Below the pieces are notes generated by a model. That model did not search any database. It saw nothing but the letters and a program-made list of their open reading frames with translations, and had not been told where the DNA came from. From a virus: a DNA stretch of 64,000 bases. Numbering within the stretch: the stretch's first letter is position 1; the number at the start of each line of letters is the position of its first letter. Below are positions 9,575 through 19,078 of this stretch, piece by piece. The stretch covers positions 1-64,000 of IMG/VR virus record IMGVR_UViG_3300045131_002929; one strand, 5' to 3'. Made by a program: the position numbers and the translations under genes.

Positions 9575-9597
9575 GCTGAACCTCGCCGATGGAAATT

Positions 9598-9628
9598 GGA
9601 AAGCGGGGGCTTTACGGGGCCCCCGCTA
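9598..9628 (-). terminator. Probable intrinsic terminator
   Basis: Minus strand AGCGGGGGC-loop-GCCCCCGCT-TT immediately after the stop of 9632..10240. Confidence 0.55.
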
Positions 9629-9631
9629 ATG

Positions 9632-10240
9632 TCAGACGTATTCGACGTAGATGTCGGCCGCGCCCTGCGTGGCTCCGCCGACCACGAGCGCGTATGTGAC
9701 AGGCAAGCTACTGGGCCCGACGGACAGGTCCACCGCGATCTCATAGCGGCCGACGGCCAGCAGGTCGTTGTCCGCGGCGGCCATGTAGGCGGCCGGGCTG
9801 GCGCCGTATCCGACGGTGACCGTGGGCGTCCCGTTGAAGGCGGCCGTGACGTCGACGTAGACGCGCTTGATGACGCTGTTCGCATTGGCCGTGAACACGT
9901 TGCCGGAAGCGGAGGCGCTGGTGAAATTCTTGGTGGCCGTGCTGGAGCCGCCCGAGGAGGCCGCCGGCGTGATGAACGACAACGCGCCATTGCCATCCGT
10001 GGACAGCACTTGGCCGGACGTGCCCGCGTTGGCTGGCAGCGTGAATGTCAAAGCACCGGCCGCGCTGCTGGCCAGCGTGGTCTTGTCCACGGTGACCGCG
10101 CTCGCCTTGATGGCGGCGTCGGCGCTGTCGGCGGCGTTGCGCGCCGTGACCACGCCAGAGACGTTTTTCAACCTGACGGATCCGATCCTGAACGTGTCCC
10201 GCATTGTGCCGACTAAGTCGGCGATGATCTTGTTGGCCAT
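9632..10240 (-). CDS. Virion spike/fibre protein
   Basis: Fibre motif TFTLPANAGTSGQVLSTDGNGALSF; C-terminal beta-rich domain similar to that of 10245..10814. Confidence 0.75.
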   Translation of the reverse strand: MANKIIADLVGTMRDTFRIGSVRLKNVSGVVTARNAADSADAAIKASAVTVDKTTLASSAAGALTFTLPANAGTSGQVLSTDGNGALSFITPAASSGGSSTATKNFTSASASGNVFTANANSVIKRVYVDVTAAFNGTPTVTVGYGASPAAYMAAADNDLLAVGRYEIAVDLSVGPSSLPVTYALVVGGATQGAADIYVEYV

Positions 10241-10244
10241 TGCC

Positions 10245-10814
10245 TCACCCCTTATTGGCTATTTCCACTCTGACGGCCGCCGAACCGGAGGTGGCCCCCG
10301 CGCCCGGCGACACATATACGAAAACGTCGAAAGGCCCCTCGAACTCATGCTCGCGCGTGAATTCGCACAGCACGCCCAGGTCGACGTCGTCCGCGCCCAG
10401 CAGGAACGAATGGTCGGCGGCCACCCCTACGGTCAGCGAGGCGCCGGCGCCGTTCCACGCGGATTCGACCGACGCCGTCACGGATAGGATGGAGCAGTCG
10501 GCCGATACGGCGGCCACCATGGAGCTTGCCGGGCTGGCGTAGTCCACCGTCGACTCTATGACGCGGACGCCAGGATAGCCGCGCGGGCCTGGCTGGCCTG
10601 GCTGGCCTGGCGGGCCTGGCGGGCCTGGCGTGAAGTAGGCAGTGCCGGTGTCGGTCCAACCGGTAGGGTCGACCCACACGTAGGTGTGGCCGTCGCTGGT
10701 CACTATGGCGAAATCGCCAGGGCTGGCGGTGGGGTAGGTCGACACCAGCTCGGCTAGGCTGCTGTAAGTGCCTAGGGATTCGTCAATTACCCCGCCTGGA
10801 TTTGAGACTGGCAT
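10245..10814 (-). CDS. Collagen-like (Gly-X-Y) virion protein
   Basis: Start re-assigned to ATG 10814 (MPVSNPGG...); GPPGPPGQPGQPGPRGYPG at about 10569-10629; C-domain paralogous to 9632..10240. Confidence 0.75.
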   Translation of the reverse strand: MPVSNPGGVIDESLGTYSSLAELVSTYPTASPGDFAIVTSDGHTYVWVDPTGWTDTGTAYFTPGPPGPPGQPGQPGPRGYPGVRVIESTVDYASPASSMVAAVSADCSILSVTASVESAWNGAGASLTVGVAADHSFLLGADDVDLGVLCEFTREHEFEGPFDVFVYVSPGAGATSGSAAVRVEIANKG

Positions 10815-11098
10815 CGGGCTGGTCCTCCATGGTCGACCTTGCGGGCCGCCTCCAAACGCTCCCTTACTACCCGCCTGAGCTCCAGCTGCTTCGAGGCATA
10901 CGCTTTTGGCTCGACCAACGCCTTGCCGGACCTGAACAGCTTGCGCATGTCCTCTCCGGCCATATCGTCCAGCGCCTCGAGTATGAAATAGACCACGTTC
11001 CTGTAGCCGTTGCTCTCCGTCTCCGATCCTACGCAGGAAAAGACGCCGGTAGCGCAAAGATACGCAGACTCGTCGATGTCTTTTAAGCGGAGGCGCAC
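10787..11098 (-). CDS. Small hypothetical protein, DUF5659-like
   Basis: Pattern DIDESAYLCATG...VYFILE...LFRSGKALVEPKAY..LRRVV resembles small phage DUF5659 proteins (recalled, not searched). Confidence 0.55.
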   Translation of the reverse strand: MRLRLKDIDESAYLCATGVFSCVGSETESNGYRNVVYFILEALDDMAGEDMRKLFRSGKALVEPKAYASKQLELRRVVRERLEAARKVDHGGPARCQSQIQAG

Positions 11099-11101
11099 TT
11101 G

Positions 11102-11395
11102 TCAACCCTCCACATAGGAGATGTTTTTGCCTGCCGACGCGCAGTACACGGCAATAGGGCCTGTGTAGTAGTTGAGATAGTTCATCTCATAGACGCCGCC
11201 GTTCGGACTGAGGCGAATCCCTTTATGAGCCTCGGCCGTCTCATACAAAGCGAGATACATGACAGCGTCGCTGTCGTTGCATATGCAGGCGTACCTGCGG
11301 GCCGGGTTCTGCGCCAGGACGAGCACCGAGGCTGCGGCGACCGTGGCGATGGACCTCGGCGCCGCGGAGCTGACGCGTTCGATATATGTGTTCAT
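11102..11395 (-). CDS. Small beta-rich virion protein
   Basis: AAGGA RBS; NPARRYACICNDSD..MYL..GIRLSPNGGVYE pattern. Confidence 0.7.
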   Translation of the reverse strand: MNTYIERVSSAAPRSIATVAAASVLVLAQNPARRYACICNDSDAVMYLALYETAEAHKGIRLSPNGGVYEMNYLNYYTGPIAVYCASAGKNISYVEG

Positions 11396-11402
11396 GTTAT
11401 CC

Positions 11403-11672
11403 TTAGATTAGAGGTGCCCTGCGCCACTTGCGTCGCTCGACACAAAAGTAAATATAGCCCCCTGAAACGGCCCTGTCGCCCGGTTCGCCGTCCGAGTCGG
11501 GGCGGCGCGGCGCTTTGACGACCCTGGCCACCGCGCCTTCCAGCCGCGGGCAGACGCCTTTCGCGGAGGATGTCGCCAGTCGCGAGGCGGCGGCGCCTTC
11601 GGCCGCCGTCAAATGCAGCGCGAAGCCGGGCTCCGCGTGCGCGACTGGTTTTACCCTCGGCGGCGGTTTCAT
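11403..11672 (-). CDS. Small protein with fibre-type G..G..A...Y.Y......W.R..L motif
   Basis: ATGA overlap with the upstream gene; resembles the N-terminal ~85 aa of 35246..38974. Confidence 0.6.
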   Translation of the reverse strand: MKPPPRVKPVAHAEPGFALHLTAAEGAAASRLATSSAKGVCPRLEGAVARVVKAPRRPDSDGEPGDRAVSGGYIYFCVERRKWRRAPLI

Positions 11673-12358
11673 CCAAAAGCCTCGTCGATCGGGGCCGATT
11701 CCTTGTCCGAGCTTGCGATTAGAAAGTCCGCCAGCTCGTCGCGGGTGGCGTCCTTGGCCATCTCATGGCTGCCGCCGGCCTTAACCGCAGCCAGCATCAG
11801 CGCTTTTTTCGACATCTTGGAATAGCGTGAGCGGTCCGGGGCGCTTTTAACCTCGGCCTTGGCTTCGACTTCAGCTGCGTCGAAGGAGCCCCTGCCCCAT
11901 ACGGCATCTTCGAAACTGACCGGGCTCGCATCCTTCAAGGCAGCGGCCTCCTCGCCCGTGATGGCGTCGAACACGGACGCGGCGGGCGGAGCCAGGGCTT
12001 CGCCCACGTCGCGAATGCCGTCCACGAGGGTGTCTTCGCCTTTAAGCGGATCCGAATAGGCCGTCTCGGCGGCGGGCGCTGGTTTGGCGGCGGGCGCCGG
12101 GGTCTGTTCGCAGGCGGCCGCGTCGTCGGCGCCTACTTTGAATTCTGTGATCAGCGCCACCTGGACCCGACCGGCCGCCAAATCGGACCTGATCTGCCTG
12201 ATGTTGCCTGGAAATTGGATATTGTGAGTGTAGACGTCCCCGTCCAGCGTGATGGACTGCCCCTGCGCGAGGTTGACGCCGCCGGAGCAGGCCCAGCCGT
12301 ACGTCTGTTTGGAGGCCGTAGGGTTCGTTATCTTCGTTTTTACCATGATTCGCTCCAT
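11669..12358 (-). CDS. Hypothetical protein downstream of the capsid gene
   Basis: 229 aa; own TATATT element at 12380-12385; short helical C-terminal segment. Confidence 0.7.
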   Translation of the reverse strand: MERIMVKTKITNPTASKQTYGWACSGGVNLAQGQSITLDGDVYTHNIQFPGNIRQIRSDLAAGRVQVALITEFKVGADDAAACEQTPAPAAKPAPAAETAYSDPLKGEDTLVDGIRDVGEALAPPAASVFDAITGEEAAALKDASPVSFEDAVWGRGSFDAAEVEAKAEVKSAPDRSRYSKMSKKALMLAAVKAGGSHEMAKDATRDELADFLIASSDKESAPIDEAFG

Positions 12359-12400
12359 ACTTTGTATTGCTTCTACGTGAATATAGCAGCTGGCCTAGAC

Positions 12401-12436
12401 TAAAAAAAAGCCCCGGGCTTGAGGCCAGGGGCTTCC
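12401..12436 (-). terminator. Intrinsic terminator after the major capsid gene
   Basis: Minus strand AAGCCCCTGGC..GCCCGGGGC followed by T8. Confidence 0.8.
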
Positions 12437-12454
12437 TAAGCGCTGATCGCGCCC

Positions 12455-13459
12455 TTAGATGGCTGCGCCCGTCTTCCAGCTGTGGTTGGCCGTGCCGCCG
12501 AAGTCGCAGCGGGCGACGGCCGCGCTGTTGCCGACCGCGGCGCCGATGCACTCGTAGCAGAACCAGTCGATGAAGAAGTCTTCCTTCTTCGTCGAGAGGG
12601 TGACGTCGTCCAGCACGAAGAAGCGGCCAAGGAACTTGGGCTCCGCGAACTGATAGATGACGCCGGTGGGGACGAGGTCGGTCTTGATCGTGACGACCCA
12701 CTTGAGCCCCATGATCTGGCGCTCGCCGAAGCCGTTGACGAACATCTCCTCGGAGAGGTCGCCACCGACTTCGTTACGCGTGAGGCCTGCGACATCCCAG
12801 ACGGTGATGTTGTTGACCAGCGCGACGGAGGGGTTCAAGTGGCGGTTGGAGGACGGCAGGGCTTTGCGCATCTCCTTGAGGGTGGTGCGGGTCATGCCGT
12901 TGTATGTGATGTTCTGGCAGAAGTCGATCTCCGCGTTGTAGGAGTTGGCGTCCTGCGTGGCGGCCGCGTTGACGTTGGCCGGGTTGCCCTGCGTGACGAT
13001 ATAGTCCACGACTTGGAGGTACTTGCGGTCCTCTTCGGCCATGATGCGCTTGAGCATGATGTCCTCGAGGATCTGCTTGATGTCCATGTCGTAGGTCAAC
13101 AGGGTGTTGACGTCGGCGCGGAACCGGCGGGACATGATGCGGTCGAACATCACGCGGAAGCGCGGGCCCTTGATGTAATGCCCGATGGGGAGCGTTCCGA
13201 AAGGCACGCTGTAGGCGGCCGGGGAGTTTGGCTCCTTGTCGAGGATGATCACGGGTTTGTCGGTGTCGACCTGGCGGTCCAGGTCGGCGGGCTCGACTTT
13301 GACGGGCGGTTGGAGGCGGCGGGCGAATCCATCCTCATAGAGGCGCATGCGGAGGTAGTCTTCGACACCCTCCTGGGCCTGCTTGCGGATCACGCTGTCG
13401 GACGAGGTGAACCCGTTGATGAGGGTCTCGTTCACCATGCGGACTGTTGGGTCTTGCAT
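12455..13459 (-). CDS. Major capsid protein (HK97 fold)
   Basis: 334 aa after protease/scaffold/decoration genes; LYEDGFARRL, IMAEEDRKYL, QIMGLKWVVTIKTDLVP, YECIGAAVGN..AVAR motifs; strongly biased codons; AAAGGAG RBS; terminator follows. Confidence 0.85.
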   Translation of the reverse strand: MQDPTVRMVNETLINGFTSSDSVIRKQAQEGVEDYLRMRLYEDGFARRLQPPVKVEPADLDRQVDTDKPVIILDKEPNSPAAYSVPFGTLPIGHYIKGPRFRVMFDRIMSRRFRADVNTLLTYDMDIKQILEDIMLKRIMAEEDRKYLQVVDYIVTQGNPANVNAAATQDANSYNAEIDFCQNITYNGMTRTTLKEMRKALPSSNRHLNPSVALVNNITVWDVAGLTRNEVGGDLSEEMFVNGFGERQIMGLKWVVTIKTDLVPTGVIYQFAEPKFLGRFFVLDDVTLSTKKEDFFIDWFCYECIGAAVGNSAAVARCDFGGTANHSWKTGAAI

Positions 13460-13477
13460 TGTAATGGGCTCCTTTGA

Positions 13478-14014
13478 TTATGAGTTGACTGCGGGCATGT
13501 GGGTCGTCCAGAAGGACAGGACCGACTTGTTGTCCGCGTTGGTGGAGGAGCCCCTGGAGACGACGCCCAGGACATGATTCGACGAGTAGAGGTCGGCGGA
13601 CAAGGTGACCTTGCCGATGTCGGCCCCGACCGCGAACGTGAGCAGGTCGTTCGGCTTGTAGATGCCGACGACGAACTCGGTGGTCTGGATCTCGTACCCG
13701 CCCGTGGCGACGAGGCCGGACTGGACTCCGCCGGACATATTGCCGATGTCGGAGTTCGCGTCGAACTCGTTGGTGCCTTGGATGGCGAAGATCGCCATTG
13801 GGGCGTTGTGGGCCACGAGGGCCGTGGCGAGGACGCCGGCGCCGAGGCCGGAGACGAACTTGCCGTTGGCGTTAAGCGTGAGAACTCCGCCTTGGCGAAC
13901 GGATTCGCCTGAAGCGGCCTCGGCTGAGAAGTCGAGGGCGTACATCTGTGAGCGGCCGGAAAGCTCGATGATCGAATGGTCGAACATCTGAGCGGGGGTC
14001 AGTGTGCCTGGCAT
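13478..14014 (-). CDS. Probable capsid decoration/cement protein
   Basis: 178 aa, beta-rich, directly upstream of the capsid gene, AGGAGG RBS, biased codons. Confidence 0.6.
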   Translation of the reverse strand: MPGTLTPAQMFDHSIIELSGRSQMYALDFSAEAASGESVRQGGVLTLNANGKFVSGLGAGVLATALVAHNAPMAIFAIQGTNEFDANSDIGNMSGGVQSGLVATGGYEIQTTEFVVGIYKPNDLLTFAVGADIGKVTLSADLYSSNHVLGVVSRGSSTNADNKSVLSFWTTHMPAVNS

Positions 14015-14041
14015 TGCTATTGCCTCCTGGTCATTTGTTGC

Positions 14042-14374
14042 TTATTGCTTGTACGGTATACCGAACCGCTCGTAGAACTTGCGGTCAGATTCACGGATCG
14101 TGGACGGAGCGGACGCCTTTTTCGGAAGCGCCGCCGGTTTGCCGAGCGACCAGACCTTGCCCTCGTCGGCAGCCTTCTTGCTGAGGGCCGCCATCTTGGC
14201 CACGTCGGTCGTGCCGGTCGCCTCCTGGACGTTGCGGACGAATTGCTCGGCGCCCACCTTCCAGGCCTGCAGCGAGCTGATCTCGGCCGCCATCTTGTCC
14301 ATCTTGCGCGTCTGCGCCTCGACGACGTTGTTGGCGGCCTCCATGAAGTCGAGAACCTCTCTTGGGTCGATCAT
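14042..14374 (-). CDS. Head-module coiled-coil protein with KxA motifs
   Basis: 110 aa; MDKMAA, VAKMAA, LSKKAA, LPKKAS. Confidence 0.75.
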   Translation of the reverse strand: MIDPREVLDFMEAANNVVEAQTRKMDKMAAEISSLQAWKVGAEQFVRNVQEATGTTDVAKMAALSKKAADEGKVWSLGKPAALPKKASAPSTIRESDRKFYERFGIPYKQ

Positions 14375-14386
14375 TGGATTTGCCCC

Positions 14387-15490
14387 TTACTTGAGAAGTC
14401 CGTGGCGGAAGTCGCGGACGACATTTTTAAGATTCTCGAACTGCTCGGCGGCCGTCTTCATCAGAAAGGCCTGTTTGTCGGCCGCGCCCAGCTTGTCGAA
14501 CCAGACCTTCTGCTCCGCGGCTGTCTTCTTGAGGTAGGACTCCTGCGCGGTCTTGTGCAGCTTGGCGAAGGCCTGCTGCTGAGCCGCCGCCTGCTTGCGC
14601 ATGACGAGGGAGCGCTCCATGGCCTGCTTCGCCACCTCGGGGGCCTCGCCGTCGAGCTCGTTCACGGCAGCCTCGATGACTTCCGGCGGAATGCCCATGC
14701 CGATGAGGTCCTGCAGGAGCTGCGCGGCGTCGTCGGGGCTCGGAGCGCCGCCATCCGGCGCGCCGGAGGCGTCCATCTCGGGGATCTCGCCGCCGGGCAT
14801 GGGCGCCGCGCCTTCGTCGCCGTCGGGCTCGCTGGCGTCGCCGTCGGCGGGCATGACGCTGTCCGGGTCTTCCGCCGCGACATCGTCGAGCATCTTGGAA
14901 GCGGTGTCGTCGTCGACTCCGAGGGAGTCTTTGACCGCCTTCTCGTCCTCGGCCCGCTTGGCCAAGCCGAGCTTATAGGATTCGACAAAGTCGACGTAGG
15001 CCTGGTCGGCTGCGGTCTTGACGAGCTTTTCAGCTTGGGGGACCCGGCCGAGGGCCGCTACTTTCTCAAGGATCTTATCGCCCAGGCGGCGGGCCCTCTG
15101 CATCTCATTCGCCATAAACCGTTCCTCCGATTCTTTGTTCATACTTGCGTCTTGCGTGTTGAAATCCCCGGTAACGCCTTGCGGGCGGCTCGGCGCTTTG
15201 TTCGCGGAGCCTTTGGAAGTGGCGCTCTGTCCGTTCGGGATAGCCTCTGCGTAGTCGGAATCCTTCTCCCTGCCGAACTCGCCCTCCTGTGGGTTGGTCC
15301 GCTCCTCCGCCGACACGCCGTCCGTACGGCAGCACACGTTGGCCTTCTCAGTGCCGGCGGGGTAGCCGCCGACATCCTTGGCCTCGACGTCCTCGGTTCC
15401 GCCGCGGTCGGCCGCCTTCTTCTCGAAAGCGATCTTGCCGAGGAAGCTGTCGATGAATCCCAAAGCCTGCTCATTGCTTGTCTTGTGCAT
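14387..15490 (-). CDS. Probable scaffolding protein
   Basis: Acidic and helical, between protease and capsid genes; about 11 KxA motifs. Confidence 0.65.
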   Translation of the reverse strand: MHKTSNEQALGFIDSFLGKIAFEKKAADRGGTEDVEAKDVGGYPAGTEKANVCCRTDGVSAEERTNPQEGEFGREKDSDYAEAIPNGQSATSKGSANKAPSRPQGVTGDFNTQDASMNKESEERFMANEMQRARRLGDKILEKVAALGRVPQAEKLVKTAADQAYVDFVESYKLGLAKRAEDEKAVKDSLGVDDDTASKMLDDVAAEDPDSVMPADGDASEPDGDEGAAPMPGGEIPEMDASGAPDGGAPSPDDAAQLLQDLIGMGIPPEVIEAAVNELDGEAPEVAKQAMERSLVMRKQAAAQQQAFAKLHKTAQESYLKKTAAEQKVWFDKLGAADKQAFLMKTAAEQFENLKNVVRDFRHGLLK

Positions 15491-15565
15491 GGAAAAATAC
15501 CCCTGTGTAAGTTCTATCCACTGTTAGTAGCATAACATTGAGGCCGTCCGGCTGCAAGCTTAACC

Positions 15566-17023
15566 TCAATCTTCGTCTTTTTTAACCTTCTGCAGCATGG
15601 CGGCCATGACCTCCGGACCTTCTTTGCCCTTCAAAGCCGACAGGAGATACTTGCCGTACTCTTCCGAAAGCGCCTTCGCCTTCTTGTCCCCGGACCCTCC
15701 TTCTTTTACTTCGCCGGCCGCGGGTATGCGCTTCAACATCCCGGCCGCCGGCTTTCTCATGATGGTTATCGAAATCCGCCTGGCCAGCGGGGCCTCGGCG
15801 AGCGAGTGGCCGTCCATGAGCCCGGATACGAGCCGACCTATCCCGCCAAGCATCGAGGACGAGCCTTCGTACGCGTCGTCGGACAGCATCGCAGGCAGAT
15901 CGGGCGAGGCGAGCATCGAACGGAACACACCCGGCAGCTCATCCTTGGCCGGCTGGACTATATCCTTGATCTCGTTGAACTTATCACCCATGACGAGCTT
16001 GAGGAACATGTCGATGGGCAGCACGACGCTGCCGCGCGACATGGCGGCGAACGACCCGGGCAGGTCGGCGGCCATCTTACTCAGCGCGCCCTCGCCGTCC
16101 ACGCCCCAGCCCGCCGCCTTGGAAAAGGCGAGCATGACGTCCGCCGCCCAGGGGGCGGTCGACGCGCGCTCGACGTCGGCCTCGACCGCGGCCAGCTTGC
16201 GCAGCAGGGCGAGCTTGCCGATCTCCCTGATCGGGGCGGGCGGTCTGAACCCCTCCAGCAGCGCCAGCTCGTGGGAGCTGACGACCTGCGTGCGCGACGC
16301 CACCTTGCGCAGCGCGAAAGCGATTTTGTCGGCCGGCCGGAACACGCAGCTGATGTCGTGGAACTTAGGGCAGTCGTTGATGGCGAACACCTGGTGGCCT
16401 AGCTTAGTGAGCTCCAGCGGGTGGTCCGCTATGTGCGAGCAGCTTTCGCCGACGGTCCGCCGCTGGTGCGAACATACCGAACAGGTGTCGAACGGGACCA
16501 CAGCGCCCATCGACCAGTACACAGGCTCCTCGCGGGCGATCTTCTCCAACTCCTTTTCCCAGAGCTTGTTGTCCAGTTGGATGATCAGCTCGCCGCGGCC
16601 CATCTTCTCGTTGTAGCATTCCATGGCGATCTTGCCGAGCGCCGCGTCCGGATTCTTGTTGTCGGAGTGGTGCCTGTAGACGTAGGCGCCGTCGCTGAAC
16701 GTTTTGTGGAACTCGCGCAGGCCGCCCTTCAACTGGGCTGTCTTGGGCATGCCCCGCTTCGGCTCGGAAAAAGTGAAGGGCGTCGCGGATCCGTTGAACC
16801 AGTCGCTGTTCGCGTTGGGGCCGTATAGCGCGCCGTCGCCTGTGGTTATGACGTGCACGTAGGACGCGTTCTTGTCGAGCGCCATCCCTTTAAGCCTGTC
16901 GTCGAATACCGCGGCCCGCTTCTCCATGGCCGTCTTGTCCAGGCCTTTGGAGCAGGCGTGTATGAGCTTGGCGACGGGTTCGTCGAACTGGAAGCTGGCC
17001 GGCAGTACTATCTTTTCGATCAT
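15566..17023 (-). CDS. Prohead maturation protease (HK97/assemblin-like) with Zn-finger insert
   Basis: YRHH, WSMG and FHDISCVFRPAD motifs; CSVC-x9-C-x-H directly after the predicted catalytic Ser; position in the head module. Confidence 0.75.
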   Translation of the reverse strand: MIEKIVLPASFQFDEPVAKLIHACSKGLDKTAMEKRAAVFDDRLKGMALDKNASYVHVITTGDGALYGPNANSDWFNGSATPFTFSEPKRGMPKTAQLKGGLREFHKTFSDGAYVYRHHSDNKNPDAALGKIAMECYNEKMGRGELIIQLDNKLWEKELEKIAREEPVYWSMGAVVPFDTCSVCSHQRRTVGESCSHIADHPLELTKLGHQVFAINDCPKFHDISCVFRPADKIAFALRKVASRTQVVSSHELALLEGFRPPAPIREIGKLALLRKLAAVEADVERASTAPWAADVMLAFSKAAGWGVDGEGALSKMAADLPGSFAAMSRGSVVLPIDMFLKLVMGDKFNEIKDIVQPAKDELPGVFRSMLASPDLPAMLSDDAYEGSSSMLGGIGRLVSGLMDGHSLAEAPLARRISITIMRKPAAGMLKRIPAAGEVKEGGSGDKKAKALSEEYGKYLLSALKGKEGPEVMAAMLQKVKKDED

Positions 17024-18231
17024 CAGGCGTACTCCTTGTCTGGTCTGATCGACGCGGAGTCGGCGTATCCGACCTGGTCGCCCCGCTCCTTGGTCTTGGC
17101 GGCGCCGGTCCCGAGCATGTCCTTTAGCTCAAACTGGTCCAACATCCCGCCCTGCGTCAGGTACCGGCGCATGGCCGCGCGGATCCACAGCTTGTTGCCT
17201 GCGAGCGACGGGGTGGTGCGCCTTATGTCATTGTAAGCCTGCAGAGCGTCCATCAGCGGATACCCGTTCAAGACTGGGTCGAATTTGTAGAGCTTCAGAA
17301 AATCGGCTTTGGACTCGACGGCCTTCAAAGCCCCCGAGAGCTTGGCCGGCATGCCGTTGTCAGGGTCCAGCCCTTCGGCTACGCTCGGCGCGCCGCCGGC
17401 GCCCAGCATGGACACTATATTGTCAGCGACTCCCATCTCGCCCGCGGCGGTCTTTGAAAAAAAAACAGCGAGCTCGGCCTCGGCGGCGGCGGCCTTGTCC
17501 AGCTCGCCGACGATCTGGCTCAGCGCGATGTAAGGCGCGTCGGCGGGTAGGAAGACGGCCGACGCGGTCTTCGCCAGCGGCGCCGACATGCGGCAGAACC
17601 GCGACTTCGAGGCGGTCTTGGCGATGAGCTCGGCTCCGCGGGCGACGCCGTGGGCGTTGACGACGTTCTGCGCGAACGAGGCGCGCGCCTCGTCGGACAG
17701 CGGCTCCAGTAATCCGGCGAGCTTATGGAATAGACACTCCGCCGAGGTCCTGGCCTTGCCGATGGAACGCCTGAGCTCCTCCTCCGAGGCTTTCACTACG
17801 GACTCGGCCGCGGCCTGCTTGCGGAAAGCGGTGGCCGGGCTGGGCTGCGCGGTCGCGAACCTCTCGGCGGAGGCTGCTTTGACCATTGCCGGCTGGAAGG
17901 CCCTGGAGGCGAAATCCACTGGGCGGGACTCGGCGGCCGACTTGGACGCGGCGGCCGGTCTGTCCTCGAAGACGCGGGACAGGATCGCCTCTGGCCGGGC
18001 CAAGGGGAAATCCTCGGCGCGGCGGTCTGACGACGCGGCCTTCAGAAAGGCCACGCTCTTCGCCTTGTTGTACATCTCGGCCACGCGGCACACCTCAGGC
18101 GCCGTGAGCCCTCTGCCCGCGGCGGCCTTGTAGACGGCCTCGCTAGGATCCTCGAGGCCCCTGGACAGCTCCGCGGCTTTGTCCAGCACACTGAGAAGCA
18201 GCCGTTCCCTCTCTTTTGGCATCCTATCCAT
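17023..18231 (-). CDS. Head-associated hypothetical protein, KxA-rich
   Basis: 402 aa; about 11 KxA motifs; overlaps both neighbours. Confidence 0.75.
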   Translation of the reverse strand: MDRMPKERERLLLSVLDKAAELSRGLEDPSEAVYKAAAGRGLTAPEVCRVAEMYNKAKSVAFLKAASSDRRAEDFPLARPEAILSRVFEDRPAAASKSAAESRPVDFASRAFQPAMVKAASAERFATAQPSPATAFRKQAAAESVVKASEEELRRSIGKARTSAECLFHKLAGLLEPLSDEARASFAQNVVNAHGVARGAELIAKTASKSRFCRMSAPLAKTASAVFLPADAPYIALSQIVGELDKAAAAEAELAVFFSKTAAGEMGVADNIVSMLGAGGAPSVAEGLDPDNGMPAKLSGALKAVESKADFLKLYKFDPVLNGYPLMDALQAYNDIRRTTPSLAGNKLWIRAAMRRYLTQGGMLDQFELKDMLGTGAAKTKERGDQVGYADSASIRPDKEYA

Positions 18232-19072
18232 TCGTAGCTCCTGATGTTTCTAGCAGCCTTGGTTCCGCCGGACCCGCGTCCAGCGCTCCCGAGGCCATTT
18301 TTATTCCGCCCGATATGCCTGCCAGCACGTCCGCGATTTCCGATGCCGCCTTCGGCATGTCCGATTTGTCGGACTTGGACCCCGACAAAGCCACACTAAA
18401 GCGTTGAACCTCCATCGGATCCGACGCCGACACGCTCAAGGCCTCCCACGATTTGCTCCATACATACAGCGACCGCAGATTGCGGCCGTCGTTGTCCAGC
18501 CAGTCCTTGTCGGCCGCCGTCATCTTGGATCTGTCGAGGATGATGCGCCGGAATCTATCCACGCCGCCGGCCACAGCTATCTGTTTATAGCCGATCGACG
18601 TGAACATGCTATGTTCATAAGCCTTCAAATACACATGCAGCAACGCTTTCTGCGACGCGATGACCAGTTCGTCCTCCACGTCGTAGAAGCATTCCAGATA
18701 AGTCTGGGCGAGGCCTTTTGGACAAGCCAGATCCCGCGCGATCGCGGCGGGCTTGGCGCCGCCCAGGGCCAGCGCCTCCATGGCGTGCCTGATGTTGTCA
18801 GGCCTGCGGGACTCCTTCAACATGAACGCCAAATGCACGAAACCGTGCTTCGACATCAAATAGTTGTCGTCTGACTCTATCTTGGCCTTGCTGACCATTC
18901 TGTCCATGAGGTAGGCGGTAAGCCTCCTCAGCGTCTTGTCCTCGTTCTCTTTGAATTGTACGGTCTTGTTCTTGCCTTTTTTGGCCAAGGCGGCCAGTTT
19001 AACGGCCTTTTGATGCCGCCAATCTGGCTCGCGTAGAACAAGAGGCGTCTCAAGCCTGGCGTCCTGCTCCAT
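18224..19072 (-). CDS. Hypothetical protein
   Basis: 282-aa ORF packed tightly in the operon. Confidence 0.75.
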   Translation of the reverse strand: MEQDARLETPLVLREPDWRHQKAVKLAALAKKGKNKTVQFKENEDKTLRRLTAYLMDRMVSKAKIESDDNYLMSKHGFVHLAFMLKESRRPDNIRHAMEALALGGAKPAAIARDLACPKGLAQTYLECFYDVEDELVIASQKALLHVYLKAYEHSMFTSIGYKQIAVAGGVDRFRRIILDRSKMTAADKDWLDNDGRNLRSLYVWSKSWEALSVSASDPMEVQRFSVALSGSKSDKSDMPKAASEIADVLAGISGGIKMASGALDAGPAEPRLLETSGATNG

Positions 19073-19078
19073 TGTGCC

